DNA of 53,905 nt, counting the filler, from Sphacelaria rigidula (taxonomy: Eukaryota), in the NCBI GenBank assembly GCA_964200075.2. It is 3 parts of 3 records of this genome, joined end to end, with 100 filler letters (N's around TTAATTAATTAA, not from the genome) between each part and the next. Parts side by side here need not be neighbours in the genome. Positions count along the whole stretch, not along the records: positions 1 to 17,905 come from CAXNAA020000967.1; positions 18,006 to 35,907 come from CAXNAA020000968.1; 1 more part is not named here. One strand, given 5' to 3'. The translations under genes and the position numbers were made by a program. The notes under the pieces are model-generated. The model saw nothing but the letters and a program-made list of their open reading frames with translations. It was not told where the DNA came from and searched no databases. Within the stretch, counting starts at the first letter, position 1, and every line of letters starts with the position of its first letter. This document shows, piece after piece, positions 12,097-25,532 of the stretch.

Positions 12097-15000
12097 TCAA
12101 TTAGCGGGAATGTGAGGCTTGGCAGGTAGCTCTGGGAGCGCATCAATTGCCACGGCGAGAAAACGCTCTCCCATGAACTTCTTTTTGACTGCCACCAGAT
12201 GCCGCTGGGAAGCGGTAACCGGCTCATCGAGTAGGAACTTGATGACAAGGCGCGCGCAGCAGTCCAGCCCATCCCGCGGGATATTGCAAAAGTCCGACAG
12301 CACGTCAGACTACATAAGAGTATGAAAGCGAGCGGGAGAACGGGAAGCGGCAGGGACAGCAACGTTACTTCGCCGTCTGAGGAGTTCGTCGAGCCTCGCA
12401 GCAAGAATAGCTGTCAGAATTGAGTAGGGCGAACGCGCCACCCGGGTCAAACGGGCGTCGATGTTAGCACTGGCGCGCAACTCAACTCCACAATATTCGA
12501 GGCACACGCTATTAGCATCGACAGTTGACAACCAGAGGCAGCATGATTGCCCCGACCTTGAATGATGCTGTTTGCTGTTCGATCTCTTTTTTTTTCCTCC
12601 TGTTCCTTCTTCTTCAGAGCGTGTTTTAGTTTCGTCTCTCTCGGGTACGTCCATCATGACACCACGGCTGGACCGCTGGGGGATCAATTTAAGTGCGACA
12701 ATCGATCAAAATCAATCAGCTGCAGCACAACAGACGCTTTTCAGGTTCGGGTACGAATATCAAAACCTGTTGCCACAATGAAAACTGAAGACCAAAATCA
12801 CACGCAGAACAGCAGCAACATCTAAGGCACCGCTTTCAGGTCTTGTGCTCACCCATGCATCCTCCAGTCCAGTGTCCGGAATCCTCGCCAGGAAGACAGC
12901 TGTGGCAGCCAACATCGACGGACGGAACGACAGTCCATCGTGCTCCTGAAGGCACCGCTCCAGGTAGTACTGCGCGCGGTGATGTTGTCGATCCGTGGCT
13001 TTTGCCACCTTCAGGAAACGAACGAGGAAGGTCCAGGGAGTGGGAACGGTGATCTTGAACTTGAGTCTGCGCAGGATCATCTGCTCCATCTCAAGCACTT
13101 CTTCTCGGGTGTAGGCATGGTCCGTAATGTACACGCAGTCCCGCACTTCAGTCGGGTATATCTCCTCGTACTTGCAGGCGATGAGCAGGGCCGTGACACC
13201 CACGAGCTGCAGCTTGCTGCGGTGCACGTTCTCCAGCATGCAGAAGCGGTCAATGATGTGGCATGTAAGGTACAGCGTTGGGTCTGCCAGCTTGAACTTG
13301 AGGTGCACCTCGACGATCCAGTCGATCAGGATCGCACGCATCTTGCAGTTGATGTCCATTTGCGTGTGCATGTACACTGTCGGGGTATATTTCTCCTGTG
13401 TATGCAGTTTTGGTCGAGCCAAGCGGCATGAAGTGGAAACGACCGGGAAGGGGACGGGGGTGATTGGGATGAGGACGTGCAGTACACGAGGCCTTCGTTG
13501 ATCCTGACCTTAGTTTGTCAACACGATGTAACAAAATAGACAAGCAATCTCTGTACCGTGCGGCAGCAGCATTTCCTCACGCATAAAGTTGACCATCAGA
13601 AAATGACCGAGCCATCATCTTTGGTCGGACGAGTAAGCGCGCAACAAGGAGCTACCTTCGTAACCCCTGGTGTGTGAACATCGCGTCTGTCGGAAGCCAG
13701 ATCACACGCGGCCCACACTTTGTTGGATATGCAACTTCACCAGCCAGTAAGCATGCCTGCCTGTCATAAACAATTTCATTCAAATTTGAGCGTACAGTGC
13801 AACTTTACGACACCAAGTGTCAGGAAGAAGCAGACGGTCACTTTGCTGTCGAAGCCTTTCCACGAATAGGCACCTGCCTCGTACACGGCCAGACAAGCCG
13901 GCAGGGTTACGAGACCATGTGACAGGACATGTTTTGTCGATCTACTACTGACTGTACCGTACCGTAGTAGAGACAAATGGGCAATGTACTTTGTGGGGGT
14001 TGAAGCCATCACGTTGGACACAGTTGTAGCGGAGGTAGTTGTATAGCGGTAGGTGGTCCAGATAAACTCTTTCATCGCGTAGAGCAAGTGGTACTTCCTG
14101 CGTGATAATATCTCATCACACCAAACATTGAACATCGGTGTCAGGCAGTCACTCCACACTTGTATTGTTCTTCGCGCTTACCGAACGTCCGAATAGCGAT
14201 GCACAACAGTTGTTGAACACGAGGCATGTAACACCAGTTGACTCCTACACATGGCACCAGTACAGACAACAGGTATCATGTGCTACACTGTAGACACATT
14301 CCAACCGCATCCGGACACGGTGCCAATTGTGCACTGATGTCTGTAGACAACATCGCTGATCGTGCGGCTCGGCCGACCCTGTCGAGGTCAGCCAACACAG
14401 GCATAGCAAAATTATATGGCTAATTTCAAATATTTTGAGGGTCTATCGGAAACACCAGAATTGCTCTTGACTGGTCAAGTCCCGTTCCATAGTCACATTG
14501 TCCTGGTACTCTAGCCGCCCCACCGTGCACGAACGATCTCGCCATCTCACGGAAACTAACGCTGCAGCACTCCGTTTTGCCCACTTTCGTGAGTTAGTAT
14601 GTGTTTTTGGCCCCACGTTACTTGTTGCTCAACACGAAAATCCCTTTTTCGGGGGGGGGGACATGAAGCTCTCAAGTCACACCCGGTTGTGCGCTTGCGA
14701 GCACGCGGGCACACACGCACGCATACGCCCAGGCGTCGGCAGCGCACACTCTGATGAGTAACGAGGCTGCTGGAAGCTTCGTCACTGAGAGCGAGTTATT
14801 TCGACTCAGGAGCATTTCTGCTGCACAAAGTTCATCAACAAACAGCAAGCTGCTCGATAGTACACCCCAGACACATGTAGGGCATCGCAGAGCGCTACCG
14901 AGTGAGGTGACGCCGTTGCTGTTTTCAAAACCCTGGAGACAGTACGATTTCAAAAATCAAATAAGAAGTGGAGACATCTGGCTCTAGTAAATCTCAAGAA

Positions 15001-15838
15001 CTCTGCTCATCGCGTATCAATGCTCCCTTTCTCTCACCTCCAGCTCCTTGAAGTGCTTGTACATGTCCACCACGTACTCGGCGCACGCACAGGGGTCGTC
15101 CTTGTCAGCTAGGTCGTGGTCCGTTACGACAGGTTCCTCAATTCTACATCGCTTCAGTCTGTCCAACGATTCGCGAGCGAGCTTTTTACTTGCATCTCGA
15201 TTCGCGCCCTCGCGCAGAGTGGTGGTCCGGCGCCCGGCCTCCGTGTCCTGGGCAATGCTGTGATTGTTGCTGCAGTGGATAGTTCTACTGGGCTGGGAAG
15301 GCGGCTTGGCAGCTTGGCTCCTGCTGCACACAGAGAAGCCGCTGTCCGCTTTTCGTTTGCGCTGTGATGGGACCGGACAGACCGAAACAAACGAAAAAAA
15401 AGAGAGCACAACAACGGGCAAAGAGGACAACCAGAACGTATGGTTTTTCAAGTTCAAAATTGGTGACTCGCAGTTGCAAGACACATTTATCCTGCTGATG
15501 GGCAGTGTCAAAACGCAATGGGGAAAAGCGCGCGCGAGCCACAGCTGCGGCTGAACAATCAAGAAGAGCCCATCAATTGAGCTCAGAACAGACATTGCTC
15601 CGGAGGCGGATGCTTAGCAATGCTTGGGTAGCGCGCGAACCCTCACCGATTTGCGAGCTCCAGCGGCGGCGCCTTGTGTTTGCCCTTGAGCTCCGGCGGC
15701 ATTGGCAACTGAGGAGCTGATATCACCCAAGGCAGATCGCCGTCGCAGCTGCATTTTGTGCGCAGCGCCGGAGCCTGACTCTGCGTTCCCTGCCCCGATA
15801 CCCGCTTCTGCTGCCGTCCTCCTGCTGTTCTTCACCAT
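12097..15838 (-). CDS. CYCB: Mitotic B-type cyclin, ~423 aa; exons 15838-15647, 15361-15038, 13395-12853, 12309-12097
   Basis: N-terminal destruction box RSALGDISS; DP...AEYV.DMY motif; cyclin box MRAILIDWIVEVHLKFKL...KLQLVGVTALLIACKYEEIYP; cyclin C-terminal helices. All three introns are phase-0 GT-AG. Confidence 0.93.
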
Positions 15839-16403
15839 ATTAGTGCAGCTTGCTGGTACTCGCTTCGAGCGATGCGCTGCACGAGAGATTAATATTTTTT
15901 GCGATCTCCAGCCTGCTCCTTCAAAATTACCAAAATGAATGCCCAACGGCAGGCGCGCCTCCTCCTCTTTTTAGGGTGTCTACGAGCACGTTTTACGCGC
16001 AACGGAGCAAGGCACAGACTGCAATGGCACCATGCAGATAACCTTTGAACAGTCTGTAGGGTTTGAAAATATTACGATGACCTTGCAGATCGGTGTCCTC
16101 GCAGTACAACGCTCAACGCTCGCACACAAGACACGAAACTGTTTGGTGTGAACCGGGGGTAGGTTTAGCTGCCAAATTCCCCTGGATATCTTAGAGAATA
16201 GTCATAATTCTTTGCAGAATAGGACCGGGGGAGTAGCCACGTATTTTGGGGTACCCACCACTGCGTGTTGGCGGCTCCGTCCTGCGCCGCACCCGGAGGT
16301 GAGAAGAGAGGAAGGTAGTAAAATATAGAGACACGTCCACGGGGACAGGTAGAGAAAGGACAAGATATATATATATATATATATATATATTTACTAGCTT
16401 CCC
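15839..16403. promoter_or_regulatory. Shared divergent promoter region between cyclin B and Psf2, with MSA-, CHR- and E2F-like motifs
   Basis: 565 bp separate the two ATGs. CAACGG at 15944-15949 and 16000-16005; TTCAAA/TTTGAA at 15920, 16044 and 16062; TTGGCGG at 16268. The motifs are short, so function is inferred. Confidence 0.5.
16365..16390. repeat. (AT)13 microsatellite just upstream of the Psf2 ATG
   Basis: Read directly from the sequence. Confidence 0.95.
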
Positions 16404-16603
16404 ATGCCTGTCGATGCCGGAGGATTGGGACGGCTTTCGGCTGCGGAGCTGGAGTTCATAGCCGAGGATCAGTTGATCGAGATCGTGCCCAAATTCAAGC
16501 ACGGTCCCTTGCATTTGATCCAAGGCGACTTCGGACCGTTTGTTCCGCAAGCAAGAGCGAAGGTGCCTTTGTGGCTTGCCATCACCCTCAAGAAACGACA
16601 GAA
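16404..16603 (+). CDS. PSF2: DNA replication complex GINS subunit Psf2, exon 1 only (remaining exons not found before the contig end)
   Basis: ELEFIAEDQLIEIVPKF...GDFGPFVP...KVPLWLAITLKKRQK is the characteristic Psf2/GINS2 N-terminus. Donor GTGAGT at 16604. Confidence 0.9.
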
Positions 16604-17605
16604 GTGAGTAGGTTCAGTATGCTGGCTATATTTTGCTGTTATATAGTCCTCTACCGGCTTGGCTGGCCGTAGCGCCGCTGTCCAGCACGGTGAAAAAGGT
16701 TAGGTTGGCTTACCTCGCTCCTCTTCATCTTGAGCAATACTGACCGCAGCAGATGCCGTGCATGCTAGTCTTTCCGCGCCTTGCGAAAGCAAGTTGCTAC
16801 TGGCAAACTTTGGAAGACTGGCGGCTAATCTCCCGCGCAGCTTGCGCTTCATACGCCACCTTTCAAGATGGGAGCTTGCTTCGGTCTTCATATATGCAGT
16901 TCCCTCGATCGATGGCCCAATGAAAAAAACATGTGCTTAGTCGAGGTTAGTTCGAATTTCAAAATTTCACCGCTTTTTTCTCCACTGGTGACATCTACAG
17001 ACAGCAGACAACGCAGAAGTGTACTGGTATGTTCCTCACATGTGCTCCAACCGGGCAGCAGTTCACAGTCGTATCAAGTCCACTTTTTGATGTAAGGAGT
17101 AGGCCGCCTCATTCTGAACGTAGTACGCCGCGTTGGAAGGGGTATGCTTGGCCGTACACATATCATCATTCGAGGCCCTTCTCTGCAGCAATCTATCCTT
17201 TTAAAATGCAAAATTACAGACAGGGTCATGTTCGGACGAGTGTTGGGTGCAATTTGGCGATGATACTGTACAAGTAGGTCCAAGTAGGAACCGAGCAGTG
17301 ATGACTTCAATATCGAGAACAGATCGGCGGGATACTTACGATATATCCGACATCTCTGCTGTCGAAAATTCGCGATATCGATACAGTATCCGATACATTT
17401 CATCGCGTAGTATCGCACGATATCGGACACAATATCAGGAAATTCGCCTCAGAACTTCCCAACGCGCCTACAGGCTGGTTCACGGTGATCCCCCAAAATT
17501 GTGTCATCAGCAAATGCCTTCCGCAATACGCACCCAATAGTCGCATCTATGGTATCATACTGACCGCAATGAAGAGACGAAGAGGCTGACATAGCCGGAT
17601 TTTTG

Positions 17606-17905
17606 TAGCGGTGGCGCTATGGACGAAAATGTGTCTCAGCCAATCAACGCCCTTCAAACTGTTCCGAGATCTAAATTACGAGCAGCAAGCCCAATTTTCA
17701 CTCAATTTCTACATGCTTCAAATCGTAGTAACTGTCATCGACACGGGAATCTAACGAGAAAATCAAACTGTTAAAACGGTTACTACGGGGGTCGAATTAT
17801 ACCCGAAACCGTGGTGTTTCGGTCATGTCGGGTGTCGGCGTCGTCGAATATCCACTGATGATACGCACGAAAGACCCAGGGAGCCTCGTGACGGTGTCCC
17901 CTATA
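17606..17905 (+). mobile_element. Second copy of the hAT-like repeat end, in the presumed Psf2 intron, cut by the contig end
   Basis: Starts TAGCGGTGGCGCTA and is homologous to the reverse complement of 1930-2252. Confidence 0.55.
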
Positions 17906-18005
17906 NNNNNNNNNNNNNNNNNNNNNNNNNNNNNNNNNNNNNNNNNNNNTTAATTAATTAANNNNNNNNNNNNNNNNNNNNNNNNNNNNNNNNNNNNNNN
18001 NNNNN
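17906..18005. other. Artificial contig spacer (N44-TTAATTAATTAA-N44)
   Basis: Exactly 100 nt with a six-frame stop linker at 17950-17961. Confidence 0.97.
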
Positions 18006-18634
18006 CCGGGTTTTTGCCGGACCAGGCTCGCATCAATCACCAAGCGCGAAGCGCCGTGGTGTGTTTGGCGAGTCGCATGAAGGGTAAGCTGCATCCCCGC
18101 CAAGATTGTTCGACCCGAGGCCTACTGATTATCTTGCATTTGGATAGCAGCCTACATTGGGTCGTTCATTTTCTGGTATCGCCACTTTCAGAGACAGCCA
18201 CGGCTTATACATTGCCTCATGGTTGTCTCACCGTTCAAACATTGTGTCGTACGATCATCCCCTTTGTGCGGAGTTGAGGTTCTCCCACGCCGCACAACAT
18301 GATCTAGCTCGACTACTATCATGGTTACCGCTAAAAAAACGCAAGCGCGCGCAGAATAAAACGGTAACCTCGTTGCCTAGTTTACGCAGTGAGTAGCGTC
18401 TTTTACAGCATCATTGCCGACCGACGCCAACCCCATCGAGGATCCGCCCCTACAAAGCCGGGATGGAGCACGCCGGGTTCTCGCCGGACCAGGCGTGTAC
18501 CGGGGGAAAGATGTGTTGATCTCTTGAAACCACGAACTCATCCCGAGGAGGAGGGGGGATCGAAGTGCGACAAATAATAAATAATACGCCGGAGTAGATA
18601 ATAATCAAAAACAACAACACACGAGACAACGCAC

Positions 18635-21600
18635 CATATACGTGTGTCTTGTACATGAGATGCTGGGCATCTCGCTGTAAGAGGTCTCGTAGCTTATCCG
18701 TGAATCTTTCCAGTCGCGATCGCGAAGCACTGCGATGAACGTGCGAGGCGATGAGGAGGGAACAAATACTTCATGGCTTGCATATGAAGTGAATTAACAA
18801 TAATACCTGGATCTCCCTCCAGGAATCGAGGAGATAGTCGACGTCAAATGCCAAGTTCCAAGTTCTACCTGCCGTTGGTGATGTCTTGGAATTTGTGCTG
18901 GACCAATAAAAAGTACTCCTCCAAGCTCGTGCGCAAAACCTCTCCAATCTGCAGCATAAAGTTGGCAGCCGGGAAACACGGGAGTAACGGTCGAATAGCC
19001 CCCGAACTCGAAACCTGCAATAAGTGGCCCTGCTCGTCCGCGAGCGTTGGCGCAATAAACTACACGAACTCTCAACAATATATTGCTTCAGAGAAAGTGG
19101 GGTGGAACCAAAGGAGACCACACATCAACACCCAACGCTGAACACAGCCTGGAGACAGCTACCTGGGATATGCACAACAATTTACACCACACAAGCTGGG
19201 TCAACCAAAGAACCCGCATTCCTTTGGCACACGATAAATTTCCCCGTTTCCACAATCAACCCGAAGTGAGTATATCGCTGTGAATTGCAGACCAACCTGC
19301 TCATCACACGCTCTGCCGCCAAGAATGAGTAGAAATGAAACGTATAAAAACTAAAGCAGCCCGAGTTTTTTCTCATCGAATTACGATATTTCCCCTCTTG
19401 AAAAAATATCAATTTGCTCCAACTTTCTGTCTGTTATGTTGGCTGCTGTCGCTACTCTCCCGGTATTGATATAAATCTCGGGTCGAAATTTCAGCTCCTA
19501 ACTCCCAATTTATCAAGAGGGGAAAACTGTTCGGTCGCCAGTGGTAATACATGGCTAGCCCGGCTCGTAGCTGGTCATGGTATATGGCAAATGACGGGGA
19601 GCTAGCCCGCCGAACTGTTTCTTGGTGTTTACTCTTCTCTTAGGGCCTGGCAACTCCCCTCAAATATACGGGGGAAAAAATGACAGCAAATGTCGACGAC
19701 AGATATAATAGCACTGCTCAGAAAATAAGGTTTCAGATTTGCATGAGTCCAATGTCTCCTGTCCCGGCCGTGGTGCTGCATAATCAACGTGTACTCAAGT
19801 TCACCTCTTCCGCATACTGGGGCATCTGCACCATAGCTCTGAACAGGGTGCGCGCTTGGATATAAATATCTTCGGCACCTCTACTGGGACGAATATGTCC
19901 AGCACCACCTGCACCCCGTTCTCGAGCACCCATGCTAGTCGTGGGCGCATTCCCACGGTTAGCATCAACAGGCCCTCGTTTAGTGCCCGCCTGGGTGCTC
20001 GAAGGCATCGTTGTGGGGAAGAACGAGTCTTGGTCCAGTACGAGCTGCCAAAACGATAACAATAGAGTCGAATAAGACGGAGATACGGACAGAACAGAAG
20101 TAAATACCAGCGAAATTTGCGTCAATAATGCGCGTTGTTTCAATATACTGACGTTTTTGTTCGTGTGCAAGATATCCTTCAAGGTCACATGGGAGCGCCG
20201 ATACATTCTTATCCTTTTCCGAGTCCAGAATGCGAGGGGGAAACCAACGATGCAAGGTGGGACAGGGGCTTCACGCGCAATAGTCTTACCCTATGTGCAT
20301 ACAAGTGGAAAAAAAGAGTCTCTTACAGTGTTTCAGCATCGAATAGCTTTGCCATCACACATCATCCCAAACACGCTAAAATACACGAAAACACACGAAA
20401 ACACACCACGTTAGTCCTTCCGCACGGTACAGGGCAAGATTTTCCAACCTCTCAACCTCCCATCGTCCAACTTCGCGCTTCTGCGGGTGAGTATCCCCTT
20501 CGTCAGGACAAGGACTTGTTCCAAGGTTAATTGTCGATAACTAAGAGAACACGGCCGGAAGAGCGTGTTGACTGTCCGCGAAGAGCTTGACTGTTGATAA
20601 TAAAACTTGTCGGCGTCTGAGGAGGGAGACTCAATGGCAAGATTCTACCTGGGTTGTAGCCGAGAATCGCCGATCAAGTCTTTCCTTAAATTAAATGTCT
20701 TGCCAAGATCATCCAGAGGTATGAAAAAGCGACCACCGTTTCATCCATCTTCGCCAAAGGCGCAGGCACGTACGACAAGGTCCGCGTGAGCTACCAGAAA
20801 CTGTCGAATGACACATTTGGTGCGTTGTTCGTGTTCGGTTCGGAACTACAGGTAGATTGCCCTGGACAACTCATCATGAGGACACAACGTTTCGAGCTTG
20901 TCCGACTCTTGCCTGCTCGTGTGTAGTCTTGCAGTTGGTACTTAGAAGGGGCAAAAGCCTATCGCGGGCAGCTGCATGCATAAACGTCGACAAACTGCTT
21001 CCCTCGAGATCGACCCCCTCCTGAACATCTCGACGTCCCCCACGATCTCGAACGTGCCCGGACTCGAGCACCTCCTTTCTCATGGCGTTGATTGCAGCCT
21101 GCACACACGAGGTGCAAAACATGACGAAAAGTGAGCAATTTGATTTCATCGTAATCGTTTTTTTTTCTTGCATCGGCCTCACGCATTGGCCTCACGCATG
21201 ACAAGCACTAACCATCATCAAACCAAGGGATGAAATGCCGCGCACACACGCACACACACGCACACACACATCACCTAGTGTAACTCACCTGCTGCATTTC
21301 GACGAACTTGAGAGTGGGCCGGAAGATACCAATCATGATTAAGGGAGAACGGTCCGCCAGAAGGCAAGAAGAGCAATAGTCTGTGGCATTGACGTGATCT
21401 ACTTCCAAGGTTGTGCTAAAAATGCCTGCGGTGGATGAATCTGGGTGCCTCAATGGGCGGAGGAAAGGATCCGATGATGATACTCCAGACGGTTCAGCGT
21501 GAGAAAGCCCAGGGTGTAGTTTCGCACTCTGCACCCGACTCGCTTCGATGTTGGTCGTCTGAGGTGTTGTTTCGTCGTTATTCGACGGGCTAATCAGGTG

Positions 21601-23725
21601 CCGGTCCAAGACGTCCTTGAGGTGAGACTGGATATGCTGCCACAGTCCGACGACCAGGGATTCCTTGTAGGGTGCGTCCGCCTCAAAAACTGGAGCCCCA
21701 GGATCGCTGTCCCGGAGATCCCGCAACCGGGCAGCATGCAAAAGTCGTACGAGATGCATATGATTGACTAACACACAGGTAAAAGAATCGAACACTAGAC
21801 TCAAGTACGACGTCAGGTGCTGCACATGCCTCGTCGAACCCTCATTTTTGCCTGCTCCATTGGGAGGAGCAACGCGGGCTTTTGCGTTATCCTCCTCCTG
21901 CCGTCCCGCACACGCACGCATATGCATGGCGCTGAGCGTCGTGACTTCACTCGACAACCTCTCAAGCAAATACCTCTCCACGTCGTCTAGGCACCGCAGT
22001 CGGCGCACGGCCTCCACCAACAGACGTAAGTATACACTGAATTCGCGTGATGGATCTTCCAACGCCTGTTCTTCGTCATCCCCAACATCTGTTACATCCA
22101 CTTCGAGGCCGGCCCACATGATTCCTACCGAGTCACCGTCCCCAGCACTTGACTCCGAGGCAGCATCTGCCGTAAAACCACCAAGTCCCGCGGGGCGATT
22201 TTGCGCAGACCCGGAATCTTCTGCGAAGATCCCACCAGCACCTCCGCGCTCCCTTCTCCTCCTATTCTTCGCTCCCCTCGTTTTGTCTAGATTTCGCACT
22301 CGCGAGGTTGCAGCGCGCAGGAACAGAACATCAGCGATTTCCTCCACCAGCATGTCTAGTATCCTGCCTTTTTGTGCCAGCATCTCGTCCCGTACATTCG
22401 AAACTGCGGGTACATCGACCAGCTCCGGACTGAAGATGTTTAGCAGAGACTCGTTCAGCAATCCCACAGCTCCAACAAATCGTTTTTGGCGAACAAGGCG
22501 CTCAAACTTCACAGGAGCATCCTGCGGAAAGAGAAAGACGAGTCAAAGCGAGGAAAGCTGGTGGGAATCAAATCCACCCACTGCTTCTCACCACTGTCAT
22601 CAAACACGGTGAGTACGACGGCCGCTACCTATCCATCGCCACTCCTCGCAAATCGCAAATGGGGTCTGCACAGGGGTGCGTGTGTTGCACATGCATAGCA
22701 AAAGCCTGAGTTCCATTGAAGAGGAGCAAAAAGCTCAAATTTCCTCACGTTTTGCACTCCTCACAGTACATCGTACACATAGTACACACAGCACACACAG
22801 TACACAGAGTACATAGTACATAGTACATTAATTCGTGCAAGATCGCACCGTCGCAGTGCCCCCGGTGGTCACAGTGGCACAGTACGTCATCGGCCAGCTC
22901 GGCTCCAGTAGTGACTTTGAATCTCGACAGAATGGCTTATGCTACTAGTTTCCGCCATGGAAAGGGTGAGAACGTGAGTGACAAAGACATTCGATGGACA
23001 TCGCTGGGCTGGGCGAGTACTGATGAGTCATCATCCACTGCTCGGTGATACTGGTAAACGACAAGGCGGGTAACGAGGGATGGATGAGTGTGATCGTCTG
23101 GGTATGTTGACACCACGGACTCGTCCCGAGCAAAAGGGGGGGGGTTAAATCATGACTAAAAACAACAACAGCCCAGAACGCGTGCTGGCCCTCAACATCC
23201 GAGACTCCGGGTAACCAAGACTCCGGGACTACAAGAGTAAGCGTTGAGATGGATCAATCCTCACAGCTGTACAAAACCGATCCAAGCAACACACAATACA
23301 CAATTTGCGTAACGGTAGTTCAGCCTGCGCAGCGGGGACTGACCTTGATCATGTTGAGTGCATTGAGCAGCCGCAGAACGAGGGAGTATTGTTGCTTTCG
23401 TTGCCATAACTCGCGTACGTCTGTCTGGCTCACTCCTGTTTGCAAAAGCTGTTTGCATTCCCGCAGTTGCTCCCTCAGAGTCCCCACATTCGTGCGCGTT
23501 TGATTGTAGTGTCTGGCCACACCGCCCATAGCTTGAACGGAACTGTTCAAGCGACCGTGGTGTTCCACGGTTATGCGTTCAACGACGTCATTGCAGACCG
23601 AAAGTTGCCGCTGAATATTCTTATGTAGCGGGTTGCCTGCCAAGTGCTCAAAATCTGGGCCACGACCGTCGTCCTTGTCTTGGTCAAGGCTGACGCTCAG
23701 AATCTCGATCACTTGGTTGAACGGC
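18635..23725 (-). CDS. SEC8: Exocyst complex component Sec8/EXOC4, partial; exons 23725-23344, 22521-21289, 21098-20913, 20044-19805, 18948-18869, 18729-18635; candidate first exon 26264-26200; 3' end unresolved or missing
   Basis: Sec8-type N-terminal coiled region (VVERITVEHHGRLNSSV...LRECKQLL...VRELWQRKQQYSLVLRLLNALNMIK|DAPVKFERLVRQKRFVGAVGLL...VSNVRDEMLAQKGRILDMLVEEIADVLFLR). Splice phases are consistent across six exons. Confidence 0.82.
21241..21270. repeat. Interrupted (CA)n microsatellite in a Sec8 intron
   Basis: cgcacacacgcacacacacgcacacacaca. Confidence 0.85.
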
Positions 23726-25488
23726 CTGAGCGACATTGGAATTGAAGATGAACGAACTAAACGTGAGGACAACAGCATCGCGAACGAGTAGTTGAGTCAG
23801 TGGCTGCGCTCAATTTGTGCTCACTGGTACGCACCGACTCTGACCAAGTAAAAGGGACCTTTCAAGACCGCATTGCTGTGATGCTCCCCTAAGCGCAACG
23901 CCTCACATTTCTCACTCGCCATATCCGTATAACAAAAGTGAGACAAGGCTTTTTGCAAAAACACCCCACTTAAAGAGATAGCACAATTATTGCAAAGCAG
24001 AGCACGAACCATGAACCGTTCAGCATAGCGATCTATTTGCGAGAACCTATGTACCTAGCATACAACATACAACGTACAACATACGTACGAGATCCGTCAG
24101 TTTACGACGGATATCTTAAACGTATACATCCTGCGACTTTCAAAAACCCTCCCCGGACCTTGGCAGGTACTGTTCATGCCCAGCCAGTCAAGAACGTTTT
24201 TTTTGCATAATAGTCATTCAAAACTTTTCATGTACAATATGTAGTTTCCCATCTGTGATTTGGTTTGACCGGTTGAGAGCGGAGGGCGGCAGGGGGCAAA
24301 GCGAAAGTCACCCTGTCGATCCCTGTTATTTACTATTTTTGTTGTTCGGCAGATATGATATCAGAGACTCATGTTTTGGGAATGTGCGCACCGCGCATGT
24401 AAACGACGTCGGACACTTCGATATGTTGAACGAAACGACATAATGAACATACTGGTGATGAGCATACTACATACATTAAATATTTCGTATGCGGTGCTGT
24501 GGTCACCGTATACTAATCGCACAGTTGTAATGCACCGAAAATACGTGTTGTGTAATACATAATCGTTTCATATTCCCCACCAACTTCGCGTTCCGCTCAA
24601 CCCCTCGACCACGAGGAGTTTGGGATCTTTTCTGAGCAGTTGTATACAATAATCAACACAAGCAAGCAATACATGCACACGACCCCTCTTCGAATTGCTT
24701 CATGTTGCCTCCCTGTATTTTCATTTTCAAATTTCTGATGTACCTCTATATATGTTCAACCGATGGAAGCTAATATCATTCGATTACCGTTCGAAGTACA
24801 ATAAAACAGTTGTCAAGTTCCGTTTCCTGCAAATCTTGTGCGACTGGTATTGCAGGGGATTTAGGATCTCGACGTCAACAGTATCGTATTCGTCACTAGC
24901 CACGAGTATCCAAGATCATCTGTACCGTGTCGTCTGTACACCCTACTGCATAGGGGTCAACTCATGATGCCAGTAAAGCTCCAATGATTAACCATTTGAC
25001 TGCCACCGTCGTCTCGGAACAGCTTCGCCATCTGATAGTCCCCAGGTATCCAGGGGTTTACAGAGGAGAAATTCCCGATTCATAGCTCAATGGAAAAGCT
25101 TTCGAAGTCAACCATGCGTGTCTTCACAAAAAAAAAGGGAGACGAGCAACGGGAAATCTCACTCGAAGCCACGAAAGAGGGGCTGTCTGGCCAACCGAAA
25201 GCAGCAAAATGAAGAGCAAATGATAATTCATAGCACGTCACCGACGTGATATTATTGCCTACGGGCGGCGGGCGGCGGGCAAAGGCATGTTCCATCATTT
25301 TTGGGGGACAGTTTGAAAATACGATAGTTTTCTTTGGAGCATCTATGGCACACGTGCACCCCGTAGCGTTGGGAAGAGAGGCGCTCCGAGCAAATCAGGG
25401 CAATGAACCACGGTTCGAATGAATCATTGCCGGTTCGAGTCACCAAATGCACGATTTTTTAGGGCTGATTGCTCGAGAGGCACTAGTT

Positions 25489-25532
25489 GACCGCTGGTCA
25501 AAAACGTCTCGACCGCTGGTCAAAAACGTCTC
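25489..25532. repeat. Perfect 22-bp tandem duplication
   Basis: gaccgctggtcaaaaacgtctc occurs twice in succession. Confidence 0.9.

Noticed and set aside
12940-13501. Plus-strand ORFs of 163 and 124 aa
   Set aside because: Antisense shadows of the cyclin box exon.
18006-18634. Further Sec8 exons
   Set aside because: The candidate acceptors I tried led to early stops or unconvincing translations; no supported phase-1 continuation was found.
16404-18635. Psf2 and Sec8 as a convergent gene pair
   Set aside because: They are separated by an artificial spacer between size-sorted contigs.
21764-22612. 282-aa plus-strand ORF
   Set aside because: Antisense shadow of the GC-rich Sec8 exon, with no domain features.
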